A DNA stretch of 64,000 nucleotides from a virus, in IMG/VR virus record IMGVR_UViG_3300043399_000524, positions 64,001 through 128,000 of that record; one strand, 5' to 3'. Under the pieces are notes generated by a model. The model ran no database searches, was not told the DNA's origin, and saw nothing but the letters and a program-made list of their open reading frames with translations. The translations under genes and the position numbers were made by a program. Of this stretch, positions 1 to 8,725 are shown piece by piece (the first letter of the stretch is position 1; the number at the start of each line of letters is the position of its first letter).

Positions 1-153
1 AAAACAAAAATAGAGTTTGATGCGTATGAGTTTGAAGATTGGCTCGAAGCAATATATGGTATAAAGATGAACATCGTCAACGGTAATATCACAGATGGTT
101 ATAAAATTATGGATGAAGCCAAATACACATTTTTTCTATTGAAATTCCAATGA
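1..153 (+). CDS. Partial small hypothetical protein (5' end outside window)
   Basis: Frame 1 is open from base 1 to TGA 151-153 (...FEDWLEAIYG...DEAKYTFFLLKFQ*); the stop overlaps the next ATG. Confidence 0.6.
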   Translation, partial: KTKIEFDAYEFEDWLEAIYGIKMNIVNGNITDGYKIMDEAKYTFFLLKFQ

Positions 154-494
154 ATAACAATCATCCATTTAAGATCACACAGTACGATAGATTTATCACT
201 GTGACATGGCCTAATATGAATGATGTCAGGGAAAAAGTTACTAAATTAAAATTAATAGAGGCAGCATTTCAACAATCCAAAGCAGTTGAAGTAGGCTTTG
301 TGTTAGAACTCAACAATAAAGAATATGATATCATGTGGATCAATTCTTTTCTTAGTTTGACTGAAAATGATTATGTGAATTATATACAAGATATGTATGT
401 TATTAAGGGTGTTGCATATAGAGAGAAAACAGATGCAGAGAAGTTCTACAATTGGTTAGAAGGAAAGTATATATGGCAATTACTCAAGGAATAA
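150..494 (+). CDS. Hypothetical protein
   Basis: 114 aa ORF tiled with ATGA overlap; no recognised motif. Confidence 0.7.
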   Translation: MNNNHPFKITQYDRFITVTWPNMNDVREKVTKLKLIEAAFQQSKAVEVGFVLELNNKEYDIMWINSFLSLTENDYVNYIQDMYVIKGVAYREKTDAEKFYNWLEGKYIWQLLKE

Positions 495-751
495 ACGGAA
501 CATTCGTTTCATACAGCGAAATGGATGACCCAATCTATTTTCGTAAATTCAAAAAGACCGTTCCACTTGACGGATCATGGGAAACCCGTGTATTCTATGA
601 GATAACTAAGTTTCCATTGGGTCGCAAAGAAACAGAACAATGGCTAGAAGACCATTATGGTAAGTTGAAATATAGCGACAGTTGGTGGAAAACATTTAAC
701 GGTATATGTATGAATGAAAAGATATACATACACTACAAATTATTGGAGTAA
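473..751 (+). CDS. Hypothetical protein
   Basis: ORF 452-751; ATG 473 preferred, preceded by AAGGAAAG. Confidence 0.65.
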   Translation: MAITQGINGTFVSYSEMDDPIYFRKFKKTVPLDGSWETRVFYEITKFPLGRKETEQWLEDHYGKLKYSDSWWKTFNGICMNEKIYIHYKLLE

Positions 752-753
752 GT

Positions 754-1314
754 ATGGCGGCGGATATAATGATTGATATTGAAAGTTTGAACACAACACC
801 TGATTGTGTTATTCTATCTATCGGCGCGGTTAGATTTGATCCTCGAGGCAACGGTGTTGTTGAACGATTAGAACTTAAACCTACAGTCGAGGATCAAACT
901 GAAATATATAATAGGAGTATTAACGATGATACAATCAGATGGTGGTCAGAACAAAATCCTGCTGCCCTTGAAGAAGCATTCAGCGAAGAAGGTAGAATCC
1001 CATTTGCCGAATGTATGGAGATCCTATACAAGTTTTGTTGGAATCGCCGTGCTGTGTGGAGTAATGGTGCCCCCTTCGATTTGGTCGTTATGGAACATGC
1101 TTGGAGACAAACAAGCGATAAACCTAATCCCATCCCCTGGCCTTTCTGGACAATGCGAGACACAAGAACACTGTGGGAAATCGCAGGAGTCAAACTCAAA
1201 GACGGAGGACACGTTACAAGTCACAAGGCTGTAGAAGATGCTGAACGACAAGCCATCGTTGTTCAACAAGCATACATGAAATTAATGAAAGCAGGATTGG
1301 CAGAATCACGATGA
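754..1314 (+). CDS. DEDDh 3'-5' exonuclease (T4 DexA / Rv2179c-like)
   Basis: ExoI DIMIDIESL, ExoII WSNGAPFDL, RDTRTL, ExoIII HKAVEDA. Confidence 0.85.
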   Translation: MAADIMIDIESLNTTPDCVILSIGAVRFDPRGNGVVERLELKPTVEDQTEIYNRSINDDTIRWWSEQNPAALEEAFSEEGRIPFAECMEILYKFCWNRRAVWSNGAPFDLVVMEHAWRQTSDKPNPIPWPFWTMRDTRTLWEIAGVKLKDGGHVTSHKAVEDAERQAIVVQQAYMKLMKAGLAESR

Positions 1315-1517
1315 ATGTCGAAAGAGAAAACACTTGGAGAACATTGCAAGGTCTTAAACCTATACAATCTTGGAAATGTAGACTTGGATGGCATCGTTGG
1401 ACTAATTATGAAATTCACGATAGGTCACATGATTTTATGGGACCAGTTGCAAGATGCCATTGTGCTGATTGCGGATTACCTAGAATAGAGCCTCCCTACA
1501 CAAAGAGTAAAAAATGA
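1311..1517 (+). CDS. Small Cys/His protein, possibly Zn-binding
   Basis: CRLGWHRW...CHCADCG; overlaps both neighbours by ATGA. Confidence 0.6.
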   Translation: MNVERENTWRTLQGLKPIQSWKCRLGWHRWTNYEIHDRSHDFMGPVARCHCADCGLPRIEPPYTKSKK

Positions 1518-2086
1518 AACTAGATGCTGATATTGACATTGACTTTGGTGACAGAGATAAGTTGTTGAAACTTATTGCTCATACATCTGCGGCTATGCGT
1601 AATGTTAAACCCATGCGTAAACATAACACGGGTGTCTATGTTACGGACATTCCGTATGATTCAGTAAATGACATGGCTAGTATTGATTACACCGAGGCTG
1701 AAAAACGTGGTTATTTTAAACTAGACTTGTTAAATGTTCATGTTTACGAGCAAGTACGTGATGAACAGCATTTAGTTGAATTGATGCAAGAACCAGACTG
1801 GTCTAAATTAAATGATAAAGAATTTGTTGAAAAACTGATTCACTTAGCGAATCATTATAATTCTATACAAAAAATGCCTGAACCCATTGATAGTATCCCT
1901 AGACTAGCAATGTTCTTAGCCGCTATTCGTCCAGCTAAAAAGCATTTGATTGGATTACCCTGGAAAGAAGTCGCAAAGACTATATGGGATAAAGGTGATG
2001 ATGGGTACAGTTTTAAGCGTTCGCATGCCGTTGCTTACGCACATTTGGTAGTAGTTCATATGAATCTACTTACGGCATCCTCTTAA
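1514..2086 (+). CDS. dnaE: Family-C DNA polymerase (DnaE) catalytic palm, C-terminal half of a split enzyme
   Basis: DIDIDF (E. coli PDFDVDF, D401/D403), KHNTGV (KHAGGV), GYFKLDLL (GLVKFDFL, D555), AAIRP (ALFRP), GYSFKRSHAVAYA (GYGFNKSHSAAYA); only 190 aa. Confidence 0.85.
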   Translation: MKLDADIDIDFGDRDKLLKLIAHTSAAMRNVKPMRKHNTGVYVTDIPYDSVNDMASIDYTEAEKRGYFKLDLLNVHVYEQVRDEQHLVELMQEPDWSKLNDKEFVEKLIHLANHYNSIQKMPEPIDSIPRLAMFLAAIRPAKKHLIGLPWKEVAKTIWDKGDDGYSFKRSHAVAYAHLVVVHMNLLTASS

Positions 2087-2450
2087 CTAACGTAATGCTC
2101 TTGCGTTTGGTCCTACGCTTGTTTAGTTCACTGATACTACATATAGGACCATGAATAATAGTCAGACTTTTATTGTTAAAAGTCCTTAAATAGGGCTTGA
2201 AAATACTCCATTCATCTTTCAGGAATAGGTTTATGGGGATAAGTCTATTACTTTCCCACCACCAAATATCTCCTAATTCTAGGAATTTTTCTTTAATTAG
2301 AGGGTCTACTATGGCCCCATAATCGTATATTGTAGTGACAACATCATCCCTATTCTGTACTATACCCACGTAATCTTGGTTTGAGTGCGAACATACTGTT
2401 ATGAACGGGTGATTTTCACTTAATTTTTTAAAAAATTCGTTGTGTATCAT
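2070..2450 (-). CDS. Hypothetical protein
   Basis: ORF 2070-2492; ATG 2450 lies downstream of minus-strand TAAATA at 2470-2475. Confidence 0.75.
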   Translation of the reverse strand: MIHNEFFKKLSENHPFITVCSHSNQDYVGIVQNRDDVVTTIYDYGAIVDPLIKEKFLELGDIWWWESNRLIPINLFLKDEWSIFKPYLRTFNNKSLTIIHGPICSISELNKRRTKRKSITLVKRMP

Positions 2451-2518
2451 TATTATTTTTAGACCGAAATATTTATCATTGGACACAACCATAATATATT
2501 TTGATAAATATCATTATC

Positions 2519-3307
2519 ATGTATTCAACCCAAGTATTTGTTTATACACAAAGACAAATTGTTGTCTTGCTATCAGGGACTTCTCCAAGGAGCTATATGC
2601 CTCAGTATGCCAAACCATTAACCCTACACAAAGGTGTAGATAACCAAATTCAATTTCAGTTCTTGAACCAAGAACAGAAACCCGTAGATATCACAGGAAA
2701 AGAAATTACCTGCAGAATTTTAAATAGTACTGGCACAACTGTCCTAATCAAAAAAGCATTAACTGTACAATTAGGATTAACAGGTATTGCTGCACTATAT
2801 CTAGATCCAGGTGAGTTAGAAGAAATTGACGCACAGAAATGCTATTACACATTAGAAATTCCAGTGGGAACATTTGATTATCCAGTATTTGTTGACCAAA
2901 ATGCAGCCGGCCGCGGAGATATGAACATTGTTAATAGTATATTACCTAGCTTTGTTCCTAGTACAGAACTAACAATTCCCTCTGGTCAAGCATTTGCAAA
3001 TACTGGTTGGATCCCAAATACATATTATGTTCCCGATCCAAACTCAGCAGTGTATTATACCAGTGTTTATACCACGACTAACAACCCGACACTTACTATT
3101 CAAGCAACATATACTGATTTTTATGGTAATGTAATGGTCGAAGGATCAACTGATATTGATAGTGATTGGTATCCAGTTAGCCCATTATTCAATTATACCG
3201 ATACCACAGAAACTTTCCATTATAATGTAACGGGATATCATCCTTATATCCGCATAGGATTTGTAAGTAATGCGGGCGTAGTAACCAATATATTGGTAAG
3301 ATCATAA
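2519..3307 (+). CDS. Probable virion structural protein (beta-rich)
   Basis: T/V/N-rich composition; GATAAATA late promoter at 2503-2510. Confidence 0.6.
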   Translation: MYSTQVFVYTQRQIVVLLSGTSPRSYMPQYAKPLTLHKGVDNQIQFQFLNQEQKPVDITGKEITCRILNSTGTTVLIKKALTVQLGLTGIAALYLDPGELEEIDAQKCYYTLEIPVGTFDYPVFVDQNAAGRGDMNIVNSILPSFVPSTELTIPSGQAFANTGWIPNTYYVPDPNSAVYYTSVYTTTNNPTLTIQATYTDFYGNVMVEGSTDIDSDWYPVSPLFNYTDTTETFHYNVTGYHPYIRIGFVSNAGVVTNILVRS

Positions 3308-3308
3308 C

Positions 3309-3337
3309 TTGATTGTGTAACTAAAATATGTTACACT
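3309..3337 (+). promoter_or_regulatory. sigma70-type promoter of primase/helicase; predicted +1 coincides with the ATG
   Basis: TTGATT-17-TACACT; ATG 3344 is 7 nt after the -10 hexamer; no SD. Confidence 0.7.
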
Positions 3338-3343
3338 AACTTA

Positions 3344-4321
3344 ATGTTTGATATTCTGTCTTTAATTCCAGGCAAGAAAAAACTTACCCACGGTGGCTGG
3401 CATAGCTTTAATGCTATCTGCTGTCACCATCGTGGGCACACTGCTGACAAACGAGGTCGCGGTGGTATTAAGTTTGACGGACAAACAAATTGGTCATATC
3501 ACTGCTTTAATTGTAACTTCAAAACAGGCTTTGTGTTGGGTAGAAGCATTAGTAGAAATACGAGACAATTATTGTCTTGGTGCGGTGTAGATGAATCGCA
3601 AATTGGCAAGTGGAGTTTAGAAAGTTTACAACAAAAAGATTTCTTGGATTTCACACTGCCCAAGAAAAAAGAAAAGAAGATAAAATTCAAAGACCATCAA
3701 TTGCCCGAAAATGCTGTGTTGATTGATGAAAATAACCCATCGCACAAAATATATATAGACTATCTCAGGGCCAGAGGCATAAGTAATACTGAATATCCTT
3801 TCATGGTTACTACTGATGACGTTGGTCGAATGGGTAACCGCATCATTATACCATACACTTATAAAAATAAGATTGTAGGACATACAAGTAGATTCTTAGA
3901 TAATAAAATACCCAAATACATTAACGAACAACAGCAAGGTTATGTGTTTGGTTATGATTTTCAATTACCCGATCAAAGTGTTACTATATTGGTCGAAGGT
4001 ATCTTTGACGCATTGAGTTTAGGTTGTTGTGCATTGACACACAATTCAATCAATGAAGGTCAAGCAGAATTACTAGCACAATTAAATAGACAGATTATTT
4101 TTGTCCCAGACCGAGACAAATCAGGACTTGAAACTTGTGAGAGAGCTATTCAATTAGGTTATAGTGTCAGCATCCCACATTGGGATAAAGACATAAAAGA
4201 TGTAAATGATGCCGTTGTAAGATATGGTAGACTACCAACTTTACTAAGTATATTAGAGTCTGCTACAATGAGCAAAATTAAAATAGAATTGAGGAAGAAA
4301 CAAATTGAAAAAGGACTATGA
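3344..4321 (+). CDS. DNA primase (Zn finger + Toprim), T4 gp61-like
   Basis: CCHH...HCFNC zinc finger, RIIIP, Toprim EGIFDA and PDRD. Confidence 0.92.
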   Translation: MFDILSLIPGKKKLTHGGWHSFNAICCHHRGHTADKRGRGGIKFDGQTNWSYHCFNCNFKTGFVLGRSISRNTRQLLSWCGVDESQIGKWSLESLQQKDFLDFTLPKKKEKKIKFKDHQLPENAVLIDENNPSHKIYIDYLRARGISNTEYPFMVTTDDVGRMGNRIIIPYTYKNKIVGHTSRFLDNKIPKYINEQQQGYVFGYDFQLPDQSVTILVEGIFDALSLGCCALTHNSINEGQAELLAQLNRQIIFVPDRDKSGLETCERAIQLGYSVSIPHWDKDIKDVNDAVVRYGRLPTLLSILESATMSKIKIELRKKQIEKGL

Positions 4322-5756
4322 AGATAATAGTTACCCAGTTGAGAAGCAAAAATATTTTTTACGAATGATGTTAACTAACGCAGAGTTGTTTACCCGTGTT
4401 ACTAACATCTATAATGCAATCAATTTTGATAAATCAATCAGACCTGTTGCTGAGTTTATCAAACACCACGCTGACGAATACAAGATACTACCTGAGTTTG
4501 AACAAGTAGAAGCCGTTACAGGGATTAAACTTGATCCTATTCAAAACTTAAATCAAGGACATTATGATTGGTTTTTGGAACAGTTTGAAAAATTTACTAA
4601 ACGACAAGAACTAGAACGTGCGATTTTAAAGAGTGCTGACTTGCTTGAAAAAGGTGAATATGATCCTGTTGAAAAATTAATCAAAGATGCGGTACAAATA
4701 AGTCTACAAAAAGACATGGGTATGGATTACTTTGCTGATCCACGTGGTCGGTTGTTAGCATTGAAATCTAATAATGGTCAAGTCAGTACAGGTTGGCCTA
4801 GCATGGACAAGAAACTATATGGTGGTTTTAACCGCGGTGAACTGCAAATCTTTGCAGGAGGCTCAGGTTCTGGTAAGAGTTTGTTCATGCAAAACTTAGC
4901 AGTTAATTGGACTAGTATGGGACTGAACGGAGTATATATCACACTAGAACTTAGTGAAGGCTTGTGTTCTATGCGTATTGACTCCATGACCACTGAAACA
5001 TCTAGTCGTGAAATTTTCAAATCAATTGATGATATTGAAATGAAAATTAAAATGATGAGTAAGAAGTATGGTAAGTTCCGTGTCAAATATATGCCGGCAC
5101 AAAGTAATGTCAACGATATCAGAGCATATTGTAAAGAACTACAGATCCAAACAGGTATGAATATTGACTTTTTGTGTATTGACTATTTGGACTTATTGAT
5201 GCCAGTATCTGCAAAAGTCAGTCCGAGTGATTTGTTTGTTAAAGACAAATATGTTGCAGAAGAAGTGCGTAACTTAGCAAAAGAGTTAAATGTATTATTA
5301 GTAACAGCATCGCAGTTGAATCGTAGTGCTGTAGAGGAGATTGAATTTGACCACAGTCATATTAGTGGCGGTATTAGTAAAATCAATACTGCGGACAATG
5401 TATTTGGAATCTTTACATCCAGGTCTATGCGTGAGCGCGGGCAGTATCAATTGCAATTGATGAAAACTCGTAGTAGTAGTGGTGTAGGACAAAAGATTGA
5501 ACTTGAATTTAATGTAGAAACATTAAGGATTACCGATCCTGATCCTGAAGGTTACGGGGAACAACAATCTAAGTTTAAACCTAGTCCCAGCCCCAATGAC
5601 ATTATGAATAGGTTAAAGCCCCAATCTACAATAGTTTCTACTGAACCTATAGTTGACCAGAATACAGGAGAAGTCTTGGAACCGTCAAACAAGAAGGTTG
5701 TTGTGGACGTTCAGGGATCAAAACTCAAGACTTTATTGAATAGTTTAAAGAAATAA
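4305..5756 (+). CDS. DnaB-family replicative helicase, T4 gp41-like
   Basis: Walker A GGSGSGKS, LELSE, IDYLDLL, ASQLNR, MKTR; TTG start after GAGGA. Confidence 0.95.
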   Translation: MKKDYEDNSYPVEKQKYFLRMMLTNAELFTRVTNIYNAINFDKSIRPVAEFIKHHADEYKILPEFEQVEAVTGIKLDPIQNLNQGHYDWFLEQFEKFTKRQELERAILKSADLLEKGEYDPVEKLIKDAVQISLQKDMGMDYFADPRGRLLALKSNNGQVSTGWPSMDKKLYGGFNRGELQIFAGGSGSGKSLFMQNLAVNWTSMGLNGVYITLELSEGLCSMRIDSMTTETSSREIFKSIDDIEMKIKMMSKKYGKFRVKYMPAQSNVNDIRAYCKELQIQTGMNIDFLCIDYLDLLMPVSAKVSPSDLFVKDKYVAEEVRNLAKELNVLLVTASQLNRSAVEEIEFDHSHISGGISKINTADNVFGIFTSRSMRERGQYQLQLMKTRSSSGVGQKIELEFNVETLRITDPDPEGYGEQQSKFKPSPSPNDIMNRLKPQSTIVSTEPIVDQNTGEVLEPSNKKVVVDVQGSKLKTLLNSLKK

Positions 5757-5783
5757 AAACGGCTTCAGACTAAATACTATATC

Positions 5784-6038
5784 ATGCAAAAACAAACTCG
5801 CAGTCTTTTAGAGGAATTAGAGGCCATTGGTAATAATCGTGATACCGCTCACATTATTGAGAGCAGGGGTCACAACATTATTACTAGCGCCATCAATTTA
5901 ATTGAAATGATTAATAAATACTATTCTCCTGATCAGGCTGAGATTTTAGAAAGAAAATTATTGAGTGCCATTAAAAGCAAGGATCAATCTAGATTTTCTA
6001 AGTCTATAAAAAAGAATAGTAAAAATGAACCCATCTGA
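5784..6038 (+). CDS. Hypothetical late protein
   Basis: 84 aa ORF, TAAATA at 5771. Confidence 0.7.
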   Translation: MQKQTRSLLEELEAIGNNRDTAHIIESRGHNIITSAINLIEMINKYYSPDQAEILERKLLSAIKSKDQSRFSKSIKKNSKNEPI

Positions 6039-7170
6039 TGAACTATCATTGCTAAAATCTAAGATTGAAGAATTAAGTCTTTTTGAAGGTAAAGGTCATT
6101 TAGACCATCCTGAGGATTTGATATTTTTAGATGGAACTCAGGGCGCTAATCATGCTATACAGGCATCAGTGGCCACAGTTAATAATCCACAAACAGTTAC
6201 TATCAAATGGGATGGATATCCTGCATTAATTTTTGGTCGTGGAACTAATGGTAAGTTCACTATAATGGACAAACACATGTTCAATAAAAAAGATTTATCA
6301 GGAAGACAAGTCTTTAGTCCAGAACAGTTTGTTCAGTATGACCGAGCACGTGGAGTAGACCGCACTGGATTACATCAAATAATTAACGAAATATGGCCTG
6401 GTCTAGAAAAGTCAGACCGTAGCAAAGGGTACTATTGGGGTGACCTACTATTCAGTCAGCCACTGCAAGACCAAAACGGTATGTATAAGTTTAGAGCCAA
6501 TCCCAATGGTATCACATATACCGTAGATACAGATAGTGAAGTAGGGCAGTTATTTAAAGGAAAGCAAGCGGGAATAGTTGTTCATCAATTTATTCCTGCT
6601 ACAGCAGTGACCACTGACGAGGCAACTCCTTTAGATGGCACTATAGGTAGTTTAAAAAATAATAGCAATGTTGCTATTGTTCCTGCCAAGATGCCTATAA
6701 CTCCTAAACTAAAGTTGAATAACAGTTTAGTCAAAAAAGCACAAGCTGCTATTGCTAAGTACGGCAAAGATGTGGATCAGATGCTAAATACTGCTCCACA
6801 GGCAGCATCTGCCTTTCGTACTATGTTTACTACCTACATCAATAAAAAGATTGTTGCAGGAGATTTGAACAATTTAGTAGATGGTTTTATGGAATTCTTC
6901 AATAGCCGTCCAATGACCGAAACTATGCGTCAAAAGTTAACACAACATTTACAAGCTAACAAAGCAGGACTAATAGGGGCATTCACCATTTGGGCTGCAC
7001 TATATCAATTAAAAATGTCTATTGTTGACCAATTAAACAGAGCAGCAGAGGCTAGCCCCGTTAAGGGTTATTTACAAGACGGCACACAAACTCAAGAAGG
7101 TTTTGTCAGTCAAGGGTTAAAATTCGTTGATAGAATGGGTTTTTCACGCCAAAATCTTGCAGGCCGATAG
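6025..7170 (+). CDS. DUF6267-like protein with ligase/capping-enzyme-type KxDG motif
   Basis: HLDHPED, TIKWDGYPALIFG, C-terminal EGFV...LKFVDR. Confidence 0.65.
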   Translation: MNPSDELSLLKSKIEELSLFEGKGHLDHPEDLIFLDGTQGANHAIQASVATVNNPQTVTIKWDGYPALIFGRGTNGKFTIMDKHMFNKKDLSGRQVFSPEQFVQYDRARGVDRTGLHQIINEIWPGLEKSDRSKGYYWGDLLFSQPLQDQNGMYKFRANPNGITYTVDTDSEVGQLFKGKQAGIVVHQFIPATAVTTDEATPLDGTIGSLKNNSNVAIVPAKMPITPKLKLNNSLVKKAQAAIAKYGKDVDQMLNTAPQAASAFRTMFTTYINKKIVAGDLNNLVDGFMEFFNSRPMTETMRQKLTQHLQANKAGLIGAFTIWAALYQLKMSIVDQLNRAAEASPVKGYLQDGTQTQEGFVSQGLKFVDRMGFSRQNLAGR

Positions 7171-7251
7171 CCCAAAACCAAGATTTTTTTCTACCAGGAC
7201 TAAATAAGTGTATGAATCTATATGATTCAAACATTTTAAAGGAATAATATC

Positions 7252-7674
7252 ATGGCAGGATTTACACGTACTCATGGTGATGCACAACCAGTATTTGCAA
7301 TGGACGTTCAGAACGGTCCAGTAGCTTCTTCAGCAGCAGCAAACGGTACAACTACTAACTTCATCGGTCCAGCAATGGACTTCTTCGGTTTCGACCTAGG
7401 TGCTGCTCCAACAGACCAATTAGGCGTTGACGAAATGGTTGCTCAAGTTCTAGTTTCTATCGAGCAATTAGCTACAGTTATGATGTACAGCGTAAGCGCA
7501 ACAGCTAACGTGACAAACATGTCTGTTGCTGTATACCCAGTTGGTGCATACACAGCGGCTGCCCTACAGACACAAATTCGTGCTCTAGGTACAGTTAACG
7601 GTTATGACCTAAGCGGTGCAACAGTAACTAACGTTGGTTTCCGTCTAGCTTCTACAGCTACAAGCGCAAGCTAA
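7252..7674 (+). CDS. Abundant virion protein (probable head/tail accessory)
   Basis: Late promoter 7201, SD AAAGGA, strongly biased codon usage (GCT/GCA, TTC, CTA), followed by a terminator. Confidence 0.6.
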   Translation: MAGFTRTHGDAQPVFAMDVQNGPVASSAAANGTTTNFIGPAMDFFGFDLGAAPTDQLGVDEMVAQVLVSIEQLATVMMYSVSATANVTNMSVAVYPVGAYTAAALQTQIRALGTVNGYDLSGATVTNVGFRLASTATSAS

Positions 7675-7692
7675 TCAGTTGTTTATCAACAG

Positions 7693-7724
7693 AAAAATCC
7701 GAGATTTATTCTCGGATTTTTTTT
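7693..7724 (+). terminator. Rho-independent terminator
   Basis: AAAAATCCGAGA-tttat-TCTCGGATTTTT followed by a T run. Confidence 0.9.
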
Positions 7725-7740
7725 GCCTCTAAATATAGAT

Positions 7741-8205
7741 ATGAGTTTTAAAGTAAGTTGCTATACACTATTTGATATCACTCAAACGGGTGTAATCAAT
7801 AGAAGTCGTCCCGGTCCAGAAGATGAACCTGATGTATGGCTACACAAAAGAAATACGCAATGTAATTTTGATACAATATTGCAAGTAATTTCATTACGCA
7901 GCCAACCAGAAGAAATTGGAATTCCCAAATTAATTAAAATCAAATTCAATGAATTTGATAATTTTGGGTTTTTGTTTAGTCAGGAACCCGACGAAGAATA
8001 TAATTGCTGGACATTTGATTTTACCATACATCATCCTAGTGTATTCTATGATGGTATTACAGAATTAGGTCATTTATACGCTGATTGCGATCAGGTACCT
8101 ATGATAAAAACAAATACAACATGGGATAAACTTCCTGCGTTTTTGGACTCTACGGATGAATTACGTAACATTTATTTTAAGGTGATTGAAAATGAGGATA
8201 ACTGA
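7741..8205 (+). CDS. Hypothetical late protein (leaderless start)
   Basis: TAAATA 7730-7735 + 5 nt + ATG 7741. Confidence 0.7.
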   Translation: MSFKVSCYTLFDITQTGVINRSRPGPEDEPDVWLHKRNTQCNFDTILQVISLRSQPEEIGIPKLIKIKFNEFDNFGFLFSQEPDEEYNCWTFDFTIHHPSVFYDGITELGHLYADCDQVPMIKTNTTWDKLPAFLDSTDELRNIYFKVIENEDN

Positions 8206-8680
8206 GACAGAAATTGAAAGAAAATTAAATCGAATAATTTCTTATAGGGAAATGAATGATTTGCAGTCAATTTCTATATTTGAACTGTCACCTAATTACT
8301 ATTCTGTATTTGGTAAATATTATATCAATAAAAAATCAAAAACATCGGTAGAAGTATTAGAATTAAATGGGGAATTAGTTCATACTTTTTTTAGTATGCG
8401 TAATGCAATTTGTTGGTGTATAAATGATTTGCGTGGAAAATATATTTCAGCGAATAGAGTAATTACATTAGACAAAAACATATCCAATGAAGAAGCTCAA
8501 ATAGCAGTACACAAATTATTGTTTAAAAAAGCTAAAAACACAGATGACAAATTGATTTTTTTGGCTAAATTGAATGAAGAAAAGCTAAAAAGAAGCAAAA
8601 TGATGGGTGAATTAGAGTCATACATCATAGAATCCAACTATTGGCAACAAAGTAAGTTTAACTTAAAAACCGAATATTAA
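8192..8680 (+). CDS. Hypothetical protein
   Basis: ORF 8186-8680; ATG 8192 with SD AAGGTG. Confidence 0.7.
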   Translation: MRITETEIERKLNRIISYREMNDLQSISIFELSPNYYSVFGKYYINKKSKTSVEVLELNGELVHTFFSMRNAICWCINDLRGKYISANRVITLDKNISNEEAQIAVHKLLFKKAKNTDDKLIFLAKLNEEKLKRSKMMGELESYIIESNYWQQSKFNLKTEY

Positions 8681-8725
8681 AGCCAAAAATGATAAATAAG
8701 ATATACTAGTCTTAGGACCCTAACT

